From Nitrospinaceae bacterium (GTDB lineage: Bacteria > Nitrospinota > Nitrospinia > Nitrospinales > Nitrospinaceae): 64,000 nt of DNA. The DNA lies in contig OZ250172.1 in assembly GCA_965237905.1 (NCBI GenBank), positions 3,008,001-3,072,000 of the forward strand, written 5' to 3'. How positions within the stretch are numbered: position 1 is the first letter of the stretch; each line of letters begins with the position of its first letter. Under the pieces are notes generated by a model, which saw only the letters and a program-made list of their open reading frames with translations, did not search any database and was not told the DNA's origin. Shown one piece after another: positions 1 through 8,764 of this stretch. The translations under genes were made by a program, and so were the position numbers.

Positions 1-1
1 G

Positions 2-1285
2 CATTTTTCGGAAGGCAGTTGGACTATTTTCCGTGTGTACGACAAGCCGAACAAGAATCTGAGGCCTCTGGAAGGTACCCGCGGCATTCTACCCAACAAG
101 CCGGTTTGTTCTGCTGGCGCGCCGGTGAAAAACTTCAGCGTGGTAGCGATTGACAAAGCGCTGAAGTTCAATCCGAACACTGAAGATTTCATCGAGGTGG
201 ATTTTGAGCGCAAGCTCATGCTCCACAATCCGAATGGCAAGGTGTTCGTACTGGAAAACGAGGTCAGTAAAGTAGCGGATGATAAGGTTATGCCGCATCC
301 GTTGACCTTGCATGTGAACATCGGCGACTGTGTCAAAGTAAAATTGACCAACCGTCTGAAGAAAGGCAAAACGTCCCTGCATGTGAACAACATGGCGTTT
401 GATCCCAGGGATTCCCAGGGGATCAATGTTGGGTACAACAAGGGCGATCAGACGGTTAAACCAGGTGCGTCGAAAACCTATACGTTCTTCGCGCATCCGG
501 GATTCAAGATCAACGGTGGTTTGATCTGGGATTTCGGTGATCTGGTGACCAACGTCCGCGATGGATTGTACGGCGGTATCATCATCGGTCCACGTGGTTC
601 GGTGTATCGCGATCCGGAGACCGGGAAAGACGTCTCCCTGGGCAACTCCTGGAAAGCGGATGTTATAGTTGACAAGTCTTATCCTGAAAATGCGAACCTC
701 GAGAACTATCGTGACTTCGCATTGTACTTCCAGGATGAGGATAATATTCTGGGAACGTCGTTCATGCCTTACCTGCAGAATGTGGCAGGTCTGACGGGCG
801 TGAACTATCGTCTGGAGCCGTGGACTTACCGCGAAGATGAGGGTTGTGAGCTGGGAAATATGTTCATGCCTTGTGTCGCGGCCGGATCGGACCCTGCAAC
901 GCCGGTATTGAAGGCCCATGCCGGTGACAAGGTGATGATCAACGTGTTCGGGGCTCACAACGAGCAGAACCATATGTTCAACCTGGACGGCCACCAATGG
1001 CGGCGTCATATGGACCAGAATGGTTCCGATATGATCGACGTTCAGCAGTTTGGTGCGGGTGAATATCTCCAGGCGTTTCTCAGAAGCGGTGCGGGCGGGA
1101 CGTATCACAATCCCGGCACGTACCTGTGGCTGAACGCCCGGACGCCTTATCAGCAGGCTGGCCAGTGGGGTTATTTCAAGGTCCTGCCAGCGGGCGACCG
1201 GTCCATTCTACCCTTGGGCGGTGCGACTCCGGGCAACCTGAAGTCGGCCTCCAAGCCACAGGATGAACGGCTGTCGATGAAATAA
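2..1285 (+). CDS. Large multicopper-oxidase-family protein, C-terminal part (5' end lies outside the window)
   Basis: Frame is open from base 2 (HFSEGSWTIFRVYD...). Successive cupredoxin-type repeats: 'PLTLHVNIGDCVKVKLTN', 'GLYGGIIIGP', 'PVLKAHAGDKVMINV', 'HNEQNHMFNLDGHQW', 'PGTYLW...AGQWGYFKV'. Confidence 0.8.
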   Translation, partial: HFSEGSWTIFRVYDKPNKNLRPLEGTRGILPNKPVCSAGAPVKNFSVVAIDKALKFNPNTEDFIEVDFERKLMLHNPNGKVFVLENEVSKVADDKVMPHPLTLHVNIGDCVKVKLTNRLKKGKTSLHVNNMAFDPRDSQGINVGYNKGDQTVKPGASKTYTFFAHPGFKINGGLIWDFGDLVTNVRDGLYGGIIIGPRGSVYRDPETGKDVSLGNSWKADVIVDKSYPENANLENYRDFALYFQDEDNILGTSFMPYLQNVAGLTGVNYRLEPWTYREDEGCELGNMFMPCVAAGSDPATPVLKAHAGDKVMINVFGAHNEQNHMFNLDGHQWRRHMDQNGSDMIDVQQFGAGEYLQAFLRSGAGGTYHNPGTYLWLNARTPYQQAGQWGYFKVLPAGDRSILPLGGATPGNLKSASKPQDERLSMK

Positions 1286-1325
1286 TTGAAAATAATTGTT
1301 GATCGGCAGGACTAAAATGTTTTAT

Positions 1326-1358
1326 AAGGGGCCTCTATTATAGGGGCCCCTTTGTTTT
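1326..1358 (+). terminator. Intrinsic terminator after the MCO gene
   Basis: Hairpin aaggggcctcta-tta-taggggcccctt followed by a T-rich tract. Confidence 0.75.
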
Positions 1359-1458
1359 CATTTTGGACCTTTTTGTGCTAAACTCCGGGGCTTCAAATTC
1401 AAAAAAGCGCTTGCTCTCAATCAGTTGAGTTGATTTATTTAATTTTTGTTATAAGGAG

Positions 1459-2283
1459 ATGACAGGAATGATTAGAAAAACCTTAATTGGATTATTGGTA
1501 ATCAGTGTGGCCTTGGCTTTTGGCACGGCGGCTTTCGCCAAAAAGTACAAGTATGAAGAAGGCGCCGTCAACGGTGGCGGTTCTATCAGCGGTTCGGTTT
1601 CCCTGAAGGGGAATCCTCCCCCTCCCATCATGGAAGACCTCAACAAAGGTAAAAACGTTGAGTTTTGTGTGACCCATCCGGATACCCAGAAGGGCGGAAT
1701 GCGTCCCCGTACCAAGGTTGTTGCCAAAGGCGGCAAGCTGAGCGGCGCGGTGGTATTCATCGAGAATCTCACCAAGGGCAAAGCCTGGAATTGGAAAAAC
1801 ACGAACTTCGATTTCAAAACCTGCGACATTTTCCCGAAAGTGGCTGTGGTTAAAAAGGCTTCCAAAGCGGAGAAAAAAGCCGGTGGCGTTGCGACTATCA
1901 CCAACAACGACCCGGATATTCTGCATAACCCGCATGGCTATTCCGTGGTGGGCGCCAGCCGCAAAACCCTGTTCAACAAGCCTCTGCCCAGCAAAGGCGA
2001 TGTTGCGGAAGTGAGCAAAAACCTGGCGCGGTTCAAAAAGAAGAAAGACAAACATTTCTTCCTGCAGTGCGACCAGCATAACTTCATGGAAGCCGATGCC
2101 CGCATCGTATGGAATCCTTACTTTGCCGTAACCGGCGCAGACGGATCCTTCAAAATTGCAGATATTCCTGCCGGTAAATACAAAGTCACCGCGTGGCATC
2201 CCTATGTCGGTGAAGTGACTTCGGAAGTGACTGTAGGTGGCGGCGCAGATGCGAAACAGAATTTCACGCTGACCGCCAAGTAG
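1459..2283 (+). CDS. Secreted carboxypeptidase-regulatory-like / cupredoxin-like protein
   Basis: SD aaggag; signal peptide ending AAFA; 'HNPH' and 'CDQHNFM' motifs; C-terminal 'DGSFKIADIPAGKYKVTAWHP' beta-sandwich signature. Confidence 0.8.
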   Translation: MTGMIRKTLIGLLVISVALAFGTAAFAKKYKYEEGAVNGGGSISGSVSLKGNPPPPIMEDLNKGKNVEFCVTHPDTQKGGMRPRTKVVAKGGKLSGAVVFIENLTKGKAWNWKNTNFDFKTCDIFPKVAVVKKASKAEKKAGGVATITNNDPDILHNPHGYSVVGASRKTLFNKPLPSKGDVAEVSKNLARFKKKKDKHFFLQCDQHNFMEADARIVWNPYFAVTGADGSFKIADIPAGKYKVTAWHPYVGEVTSEVTVGGGADAKQNFTLTAK

Positions 2284-2314
2284 TTTTTTAAAGTAAATTA
2301 AGAAGGAAGTTATT

Positions 2315-2346
2315 AAAACGCCGGGACTTTGGTTCCGGCGTTTTTT
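2315..2346 (+). terminator. Intrinsic terminator, possibly bidirectional
   Basis: aaaacgccggga-ctttgg-ttccggcg-tttttt. Confidence 0.75.
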
Positions 2347-2358
2347 ATTGTCCGGAGG

Positions 2359-2507
2359 TTACTTTTGGAGTTTGTTTTTGATCGCGATGACTTCTTTGAT
2401 GTGATCTCTTTCCGCCTTTTCTAATAGGAGGAGAGCGGTTTTGGCTTCGAGGTTGTCGCAGAAATCACCCAGCAGGGAATAAAACTCCGCCGAGACCATT
2501 TCCGCTT
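2359..2507 (-). pseudogene. 3' remnant of a ferritin/rubrerythrin-like gene
   Basis: Minus strand reads EAEMVSAEFYSLLGDFCDNLEAKTALLLLEKAERDHIKEVIAIKNKLQK*, an E...FY...ExxH helix pair, abruptly joined to the MCO duplicate at about 2508. Confidence 0.55.
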
Positions 2508-2865
2508 CAAGGTGATGATCAACGTGTTCGGGGCTCACAACGAGCAGAACCAGATGTTCAACCTGGACGGCCACCAATGGCGGCGGCATCTGAACCAGGA
2601 AGGTTCGGATATGATTGACGTCGAGGAATTTGGTAGTGGTGAATGAATCCAGGCGTTTCTCAGAAGCGGTGCGGGCGGGACGTATCACAATCCCGGCACG
2701 TACCTGTGGCTGAACGCCCGGACGCCTTATCAGCAGGCAGGCCAGTGGGGTTATTTCAAGGTCATGCCGCAAGGCGACCGGTCCATTCTACCCTTGGGCG
2801 GTGCGACTCCGGGCAATTTGAAGTCCGCTTCCAAGCCGCAGGATGAACGGCTGTCGATGAAATAA
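2508..2865 (+). pseudogene. Diverged duplicate of the MCO 3' end (copy of 928-1285) with an in-frame stop
   Basis: 358-nt gap-free alignment with 29 mismatches by manual count (about 92%); TAT is replaced by TGA at 2644-2646; no 5' part of the gene. Confidence 0.92.
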
Positions 2866-2897
2866 AAACTATTTCATCACTTCATCTTGAATTAAGG

Positions 2898-2931
2898 GCA
2901 AGGGAACCTTCGGGTTCCCTTGCTTTTTTTT
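2898..2931 (+). terminator. Intrinsic terminator after the MCO remnant
   Basis: gcaagggaacc-ttcg-ggttcccttgc-tttttttt: perfect stem with a UUCG loop. Confidence 0.9.
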
Positions 2932-3073
2932 GAATGACCGTTTTATCCTTGGAAGGAATTGGGGATTTCTCCAGGTATTCTGTTGATGCAACTTCAACCA
3001 TTTTAAGTTATTCTTTTCCTATAAAGTCGAGCTGTTTTCCCTCCTGTAGATCATCTTGGAAATTTCAAAAGCC

Positions 3074-4303
3074 ATGCGGAGAGCATTAGTAAATTTATTA
3101 ATTTTCTTAGTATTGTCCTGGTTCTGGGTAGTCGCTGGGGTTGACGCTTCCTCGCAGAATGAGAATATAAGCCCCCTGGCCAGTCAGGGGCGGCCCTTGT
3201 TCCTGCATTACTGTGCCGCCTGCCATGGGGTATCCGGGGATGGAGATGGATACAATGCGGAGCAGTTGGAGAAGGAACCGGCGGAGCTCTCCAATAAAAA
3301 ATTCATTGCCAAGAAGAAGGACAGCCAAATTTACCGGGTGATTAAATTCGGAGGCGAGGGGGTTAAGAAGTCACATTTAATGCCTGTATTCGGCCACACA
3401 TTGTCTGAGGAGGAGATATGGTCCTTGGTTGCGTATGTCCGGCATCTGGCCGGGGATGAGGATCACCCGGTTACCCTTCCCGATAATACTTCCAAAACCC
3501 GACCCGCAAACACACCTATATCACATGCTTCTTTGCAGGTTTTCAGGAACTGGTTTTCAAAGAAGGGCAAGGATCCATCCCTGATTGATCAGGGAGAAAA
3601 GCTATTCCGAAAAAAGAAGAGCTGTTTTGCCTGCCATCAACTGGAGGACGAAGGCGGGCTTGTGGGGCCGGATCTTTCCCGCGCGGGTTTTTCATATACC
3701 CCTGAATGGATTTTTACCTGGATCGGCAATCCACAGAGCGTCAAACCGGAATCCAAAATGCCCAACCTCGGATTGGATGATGAAGAGTGTCGGGCGATCA
3801 CGGCTTTTCTGGCCAGTCTCAAAGGCGCGGGAATCAAGAAAAAATGGGATGCTTATCTGACCCCTTCCGGTGATCCCGCCAAGGGGAAAAAACTGTTTTT
3901 CGATTCAGAAGGAAAGGCCAACTGTGGGAAATGCCATACGGTGAGTGGTCAGGGAGGCAAGGTCGGCCCTCACTTAAGCTTTGTAGGGACCAGCCGGATG
4001 AAGGCCTTTTTGTTGGAATCCATTTTGAATCCCAAGGCGGTGATCACCTCGGGATATTCTTCCATATTGATCCTGACCAAAAAGGGGAAGTTTGTTACGG
4101 GCGTGAAGATGAATGAAGATGATTCCTCGATTGACCTGATGGATAAGGAAGGAAACGCACTGCATATTTCCAAGGATGAGATTAAGAAATATAAAACTCA
4201 AAAAATTTCAATCATGCCTGGGAATTTCAAAGATATCCTCACCCAAGATGAAGTCCGCCACCTGCTGGCTTACCTGGGCACCCTCAAAATCTCCAACGAC
4301 TGA
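3074..4303 (+). CDS. Periplasmic triheme c-type cytochrome with C-terminal Pirellula/Verrucomicrobium-type heme-binding domain
   Basis: Signal peptide; three CxxCH (CAACH, CFACH, CGKCH); distal Met motifs 'HLMP', 'KMPN', 'SIMP'; 'LLESILNPKAVI'. Start could be TTG 3056. Confidence 0.88.
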   Translation: MRRALVNLLIFLVLSWFWVVAGVDASSQNENISPLASQGRPLFLHYCAACHGVSGDGDGYNAEQLEKEPAELSNKKFIAKKKDSQIYRVIKFGGEGVKKSHLMPVFGHTLSEEEIWSLVAYVRHLAGDEDHPVTLPDNTSKTRPANTPISHASLQVFRNWFSKKGKDPSLIDQGEKLFRKKKSCFACHQLEDEGGLVGPDLSRAGFSYTPEWIFTWIGNPQSVKPESKMPNLGLDDEECRAITAFLASLKGAGIKKKWDAYLTPSGDPAKGKKLFFDSEGKANCGKCHTVSGQGGKVGPHLSFVGTSRMKAFLLESILNPKAVITSGYSSILILTKKGKFVTGVKMNEDDSSIDLMDKEGNALHISKDEIKKYKTQKISIMPGNFKDILTQDEVRHLLAYLGTLKISND

Positions 4304-4324
4304 ACCCAGCCTCAAACAGTTATC

Positions 4325-6277
4325 TTATTCCAGTGTCATTTGGACCCAGGTTGAAATGGATTTTTGGGTTCCGGTCTCTTTTACATTTCCGTCCCAGGCA
4401 TTGATCGCGATGGGGATCGTTGCGCCAGCCTCAAACTGAACATCATTACTTTTATCAGAGGTGGTCAATTTCCGCTTCATGACCAACTGGTATTGTCCAT
4501 ACCTGAAAATAACTTTGGATTGTACAAGTTGGCTGGCAGGCCGATGTTCACCCTGATGCTGGAGACCTTGAGCATACATTTCGGTGGTTTTGTTGGGACC
4601 GCTGAGCCATTGCCATAAATTGACCGGGTGGTCTTTATCTCCATTCAGGAAGTAGGGCAATGAACCATCGTCCGATTTGCCAGCTGGAAATTGAATGGCG
4701 ATGGAGTCGGGATACTTCTGCGGCTTTGGAGCCTCAACGGGATATTTGGCTTCCTCGTCACCCAGCTCCGACTGGAATTCGGGGGGCAACGGCGGCGGCG
4801 GTGATTCCTGGACTTCTGCGATCGTTTTTAAAATGGGGTCGAAGGTGGGATCATCCCACCGCAGTTTGAACGCAATTTTATCTCCGTTGTAAATCGCTTG
4901 TACCCAGACGCTGTCTACGGTTGGGTAAAAATTTTTTTCCGCCGATAAAATTTGACCTCCCAGGGGAATATAGAAAGAAGGGACACCTTTCCAGGCGACA
5001 TCCTCCGGATTCAGAGGCAATGGGGTCTCTATCCTGGTGGCTTTTATTTCTCTGGCCATCCTGGGTTTTTTTGAATTGGACAAAGTGGTGACGTAGTAGG
5101 CTATATCCCAAATGTCCCTGTCTTTATAAATGCGTTTGGAATGTTGCGGCATCGCCGTCGTAGACAGCCCCGTCCGGATGGTGAGAAAGAGATCTTTGAG
5201 CGTACTGCCTCTCCGGAACGCCCAGAATTTGGTCAGGTTTCTAGGACGAATCGCGTCCGATTCAATATCAACATTCCGGTTAGTCGATTCTCCATCGCTT
5301 CGACCCTTTAGGCCATGACAGCCTGAGCAGGTTGCGTCAAAAAACGTTTTTCCACGGTCGAGACTTTGTTGATTAAATGACGGGGGAGGTTCGACCCTTG
5401 TCAGCTTATGAGTCTTCCCCTTTTTTTTAAATTTGGCAAACTTTTTGGAAAGCGTTTTCAAATATAACACGAGGCTTTTTAAGTCGACCTCAGGGAAATG
5501 TTTCCAGGAAGGCATGGTGGTACCGGGCATGCCTCGAACCAGCATTTGATACAAATCGTCATCGGTCGGAATTTTCCCAAAGGGAGTGGTTCGGAATTTA
5601 TACTGGCCCTTGATAAAATTTCGCGGGCGCGGGCTGGAGTAAAACGCTGAAACGCCTTTGCCGCTCCCATCCTCCGCATGGCAGAAGACGCATTTTTCCA
5701 TATAAACGAGTTTGCCCCGTTCTACCGAGGCCTCGGCAGGAGGGTTGGGAACCGTGGAGTGCTTCATGTTTTCGAAGATAAATAAGATGACTTGCCACGC
5801 CTCGTCAGCAGAAAGGGTTTTCTCCCACGCAGGCATGGCGGATTCCCAGGGATGGAACTGCTTGGGCAAACCTCTGCCCCCCTTCATGATTCTCCAGAAA
5901 AAATAGTTCTCTGATTTTCCCTGAGCAATGGCTTTATGAAAATCGGCGGGCGGCGGAGCAAAACGATCTCCAAATAAGCCTTGACCATTCATCAAATCTC
6001 CATGACATAAAAAGCAGTGTTTAAAGTAAGTTTCACCACCACTCTTAATGTGTTTCTTTATGTTTTTTGAATCCTGACGGAGGGGATTGATGAGATTTTT
6101 AAGCGGGACTTCCTGGCTTTTAATGTTGATGGCATCCGGCAGGTCGGAAGCCTTGGGTGGATTAAATGCAAGAGGGGAGGATAGAGGCAACGCACCCCAA
6201 ACCAAGCCCGCGATGAGGCCGGTCTGAATCGTTTTTCGGATGAGTTTCCCTGTGATGAATTTTTCTATGATCCGCAC
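4325..6277 (-). CDS. Triheme cytochrome c fused to a C-terminal ethylbenzene-dehydrogenase-gamma-like (DOMON) heme domain
   Basis: CFLCH, CVFCH, CSGCH; C-terminal 'IAFKLRWDDPT', 'YPDSIAIQFP', 'GDKDHPVNLWQW', 'IAINAWDG...TGTQKSISTW'. Confidence 0.85.
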   Translation of the reverse strand: MRIIEKFITGKLIRKTIQTGLIAGLVWGALPLSSPLAFNPPKASDLPDAINIKSQEVPLKNLINPLRQDSKNIKKHIKSGGETYFKHCFLCHGDLMNGQGLFGDRFAPPPADFHKAIAQGKSENYFFWRIMKGGRGLPKQFHPWESAMPAWEKTLSADEAWQVILFIFENMKHSTVPNPPAEASVERGKLVYMEKCVFCHAEDGSGKGVSAFYSSPRPRNFIKGQYKFRTTPFGKIPTDDDLYQMLVRGMPGTTMPSWKHFPEVDLKSLVLYLKTLSKKFAKFKKKGKTHKLTRVEPPPSFNQQSLDRGKTFFDATCSGCHGLKGRSDGESTNRNVDIESDAIRPRNLTKFWAFRRGSTLKDLFLTIRTGLSTTAMPQHSKRIYKDRDIWDIAYYVTTLSNSKKPRMAREIKATRIETPLPLNPEDVAWKGVPSFYIPLGGQILSAEKNFYPTVDSVWVQAIYNGDKIAFKLRWDDPTFDPILKTIAEVQESPPPPLPPEFQSELGDEEAKYPVEAPKPQKYPDSIAIQFPAGKSDDGSLPYFLNGDKDHPVNLWQWLSGPNKTTEMYAQGLQHQGEHRPASQLVQSKVIFRYGQYQLVMKRKLTTSDKSNDVQFEAGATIPIAINAWDGNVKETGTQKSISTWVQMTLE

Positions 6278-6292
6278 GAGGACAAATTATGA

Positions 6293-7132
6293 TTAATGGA
6301 TACTTCCCGGAACCCGGGCATCCTTTTTGATCCGTCCGGATTTGATAGTTTCATAAAAGGGGCGGATGACTTTATCTCCATCGAACTCAAAGTCCAGATT
6401 AATCGTTTCGCCTTCGGAAACTTTGATTTTTTTGGATTGCTTTTTCATCAGATAATGCCAGGCGTTGACTTTGTATTCTCCGGGAGGGATATTGTCGATT
6501 TTATAATTGCCGTCGACCTGGGTTTGATAGTAATAAGGATTTTGGACCCGGTAGCCCCAGGTTTGCATAAACTCGTGCATTCCGCAGATCATCTGAAAAA
6601 CTTTATAGTGTTTTTGGAACTTTACTTTGCCATCGGATATCTCTTCGGCGGGGATGGGGATGTTCAGGATGATTTTGCCCCGCTCACTTTGGTAAACCTG
6701 GCTGTTGTGCATGACCGCATCCTGGTTGTCTACAAAGAACGTTCCTCCCTGCGGGATGACGTTGACTTCCGGCAGGAATTTGCAATTTTCGGAGAGAATA
6801 TTGATCGGCTTATTAGGGAAGGACTTACCGGCATCCACGTGTTGCAGGGTAATCACGACGTCTTTCATGCCTCGTTGCTCATCCGTGATGAAATCAAAGA
6901 GGAGACGGTTCATTTCGTCGTCCGTATCCACTTCGGCGCACATGTCGAGGTTGGGGTACAAAACGAGATGAAACACCCGAGGCGGTGGAGTTTTCCCCTT
7001 CATAGTAGCTTTTCCCTGCAGGGTTCCCCCATTTTTAACTTCAATCTCCTGATAGGCCCAAACCTGTGTGCTTAGGATGCACGCGGATAAGAAAGTCAGG
7101 GCTAATTGGATAAACAGTTTGGGCTTTTTCAT
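6293..7132 (-). CDS. Secreted carboxypeptidase-regulatory-like / cupredoxin-like protein
   Basis: Signal peptide; 'MHNSQ' and 'CGMHEFM'; 'DGNYKIDNIPPGEYKVNAWH'. Confidence 0.8.
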   Translation of the reverse strand: MKKPKLFIQLALTFLSACILSTQVWAYQEIEVKNGGTLQGKATMKGKTPPPRVFHLVLYPNLDMCAEVDTDDEMNRLLFDFITDEQRGMKDVVITLQHVDAGKSFPNKPINILSENCKFLPEVNVIPQGGTFFVDNQDAVMHNSQVYQSERGKIILNIPIPAEEISDGKVKFQKHYKVFQMICGMHEFMQTWGYRVQNPYYYQTQVDGNYKIDNIPPGEYKVNAWHYLMKKQSKKIKVSEGETINLDFEFDGDKVIRPFYETIKSGRIKKDARVPGSIH

Positions 7133-7187
7133 GTTATTTGCTCCCTAATCTATAAAACTCTGTCACCTTTAAGAGTGGTACGTCTAT

Positions 7188-7919
7188 CTATTTTTGAGAT
7201 ACCTGAGTCGCCAGTTCTGTGAAATTGAAATTTACCTGCGTCACGTTTTTCCCGATCTCTATTTTCCGCGATTCCTCACCCAGCGACTCGTGCCATACTT
7301 TTAGTATGTATTTCCCCGGTGGCACGTCTTTGATCTCGAAGGCGCCGTCGCTTTGGGTCATTGCGAAATAGGAATGGGGCGTAACCACAATGTAGGCCTC
7401 CATCCAGCCATGAAGATCGCAGGAAACTTTGACGACCTCGGGCTCCTCCATCTCCTGAGTATAATCCTGATTCGGTAAAAACATGATATTAATTGGATCG
7501 TTGTCAAAGGAGTAGGTGTGAATATTGTGGTTGATCGGATCACTGGTCAAAATTTTCAGTTCAGAGCCCTGGGGCATGGCCAGAATATGAGGAGAATAAG
7601 CACATTTCTTCTGGTCGATCGTATAGCTTCCCGGCTTACTTTTTAATTTTTTAGCTTGTTTTCCTTCCAGCCAAACCACCACATTCTTAACTTTTTGATT
7701 TTCAAGGATTAACGACTCTGCCAGAATTTCAGGCCCACACACCTTTTGATATTTTCCCGTTTTGTGTGTGACTGGGGCCGGAACTTTTCCCGAGTATTGG
7801 ATCTCCCCCTTGATGGTCCCCGCATGGATCGGAGAGGCCACAAGCAGAAGCGAAAATGTAGCAAAAATTAGTTTAAACATCTTAAGAATTGAAAGGTTTA
7901 GAGATTTCAGCGGAATCAT
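7188..7919 (-). CDS. Secreted carboxypeptidase-regulatory-like / cupredoxin-like protein
   Basis: Signal peptide; 'NHNIH' and 'CDLHGWM'; 'DGAFEIKDVPPGKYILKVWH'. True start may be slightly downstream (MFKLIF). Confidence 0.8.
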   Translation of the reverse strand: MIPLKSLNLSILKMFKLIFATFSLLLVASPIHAGTIKGEIQYSGKVPAPVTHKTGKYQKVCGPEILAESLILENQKVKNVVVWLEGKQAKKLKSKPGSYTIDQKKCAYSPHILAMPQGSELKILTSDPINHNIHTYSFDNDPINIMFLPNQDYTQEMEEPEVVKVSCDLHGWMEAYIVVTPHSYFAMTQSDGAFEIKDVPPGKYILKVWHESLGEESRKIEIGKNVTQVNFNFTELATQVSQK

Positions 7920-8185
7920 ATATCAAACCGGTTCCAAGTTCAAGTGAGACTTAAGCTGTTAAAATACCCTCTTCAACCTGTGATCTCTACCCTTATTAAA
8001 CAGGTTTAAATAACTTTATAGTAGCCCTCCCTGGTGAATTCCCGATTAACGGGACATGAAAAAAGGTTAATCAATCGATCGGCATATTTAGCTTTCCAAA
8101 CCTATCCGCCTATTTTAAAATAAGCGAGACTTACCATCTTGTAGACCTCAAAAATTGAGGTTTTATTCCCCAAAAGAGGCCCAGA

Positions 8186-8671
8186 ATGAAAAAAATCATC
8201 CCTATTCTCCTGATCGCTATTTTTTTGACTCACCCAGCTTGGGCCGCCGGCCCGAAGGCGGGAGATTCCGCCCCTGATTTCTCTTTAAATGCCATCACCG
8301 GGGGACAACATACCTTGAGCGATTTAAAGGGCAAAGTGATTCTGGTGGGCATGTTTCATATTTGCGTGCCTTGTATGAATCAGGCCATGGAATTCGAAAA
8401 AGTCCGAAAGGCGTTGAACACTGATAAACTGGTTATCCTGGGAATCAATACCAGTGGTGATTCTAAAAAAGCGGTACAGGATTACCTTGCGGGATTTCCC
8501 AAGCCGGTGCATTTCCCATACTTGCTGGATCCCAGCCAGACCGTTCACAAGGCTTATACCCAAAGGGATATGCCCACTGTTTTGATTATCGATTCTAAAG
8601 GGGTCCTCAGGGCCCGAAGTCCTTCGGTCGGAGCCGATCAGCTGGTTCCCTATCTCCAAAAATTACTCTAG
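8186..8671 (+). CDS. TlpA/ResA-like periplasmic thioredoxin (redoxin family)
   Basis: Signal peptide; 'GDSAPDFSL', 'LSDLKGKV', CxxC (CVPC), cis-Pro loop 'MPTVLIID'. Confidence 0.88.
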   Translation: MKKIIPILLIAIFLTHPAWAAGPKAGDSAPDFSLNAITGGQHTLSDLKGKVILVGMFHICVPCMNQAMEFEKVRKALNTDKLVILGINTSGDSKKAVQDYLAGFPKPVHFPYLLDPSQTVHKAYTQRDMPTVLIIDSKGVLRARSPSVGADQLVPYLQKLL

Positions 8672-8764
8672 GCATCATCCCCAAGCCGTTAAAGAAGTAC
8701 AGGGAACGCGGTTTAGAATGCCGTATTCCCTTTTGTCCTTGCCAAAGTTTTTCTTCGGGAATCC

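Noticed and set aside
2644..2646. In-frame TGA as selenocysteine or recoded stop
   Set aside because: It aligns to Tyr, not Cys, the fragment has no 5' end, and TGA is a normal stop elsewhere in the window.
2359..2772. 137-aa minus-strand ORF as a real gene
   Set aside because: Its first ~88 codons are the antisense of the MCO duplicate; only the last ~49 look like genuine coding sequence.
928..2865. MCO repeat pair as a diversity-generating retroelement TR/VR
   Set aside because: Mismatches involve all four bases rather than adenines of one copy, and there is no reverse transcriptase in the window.
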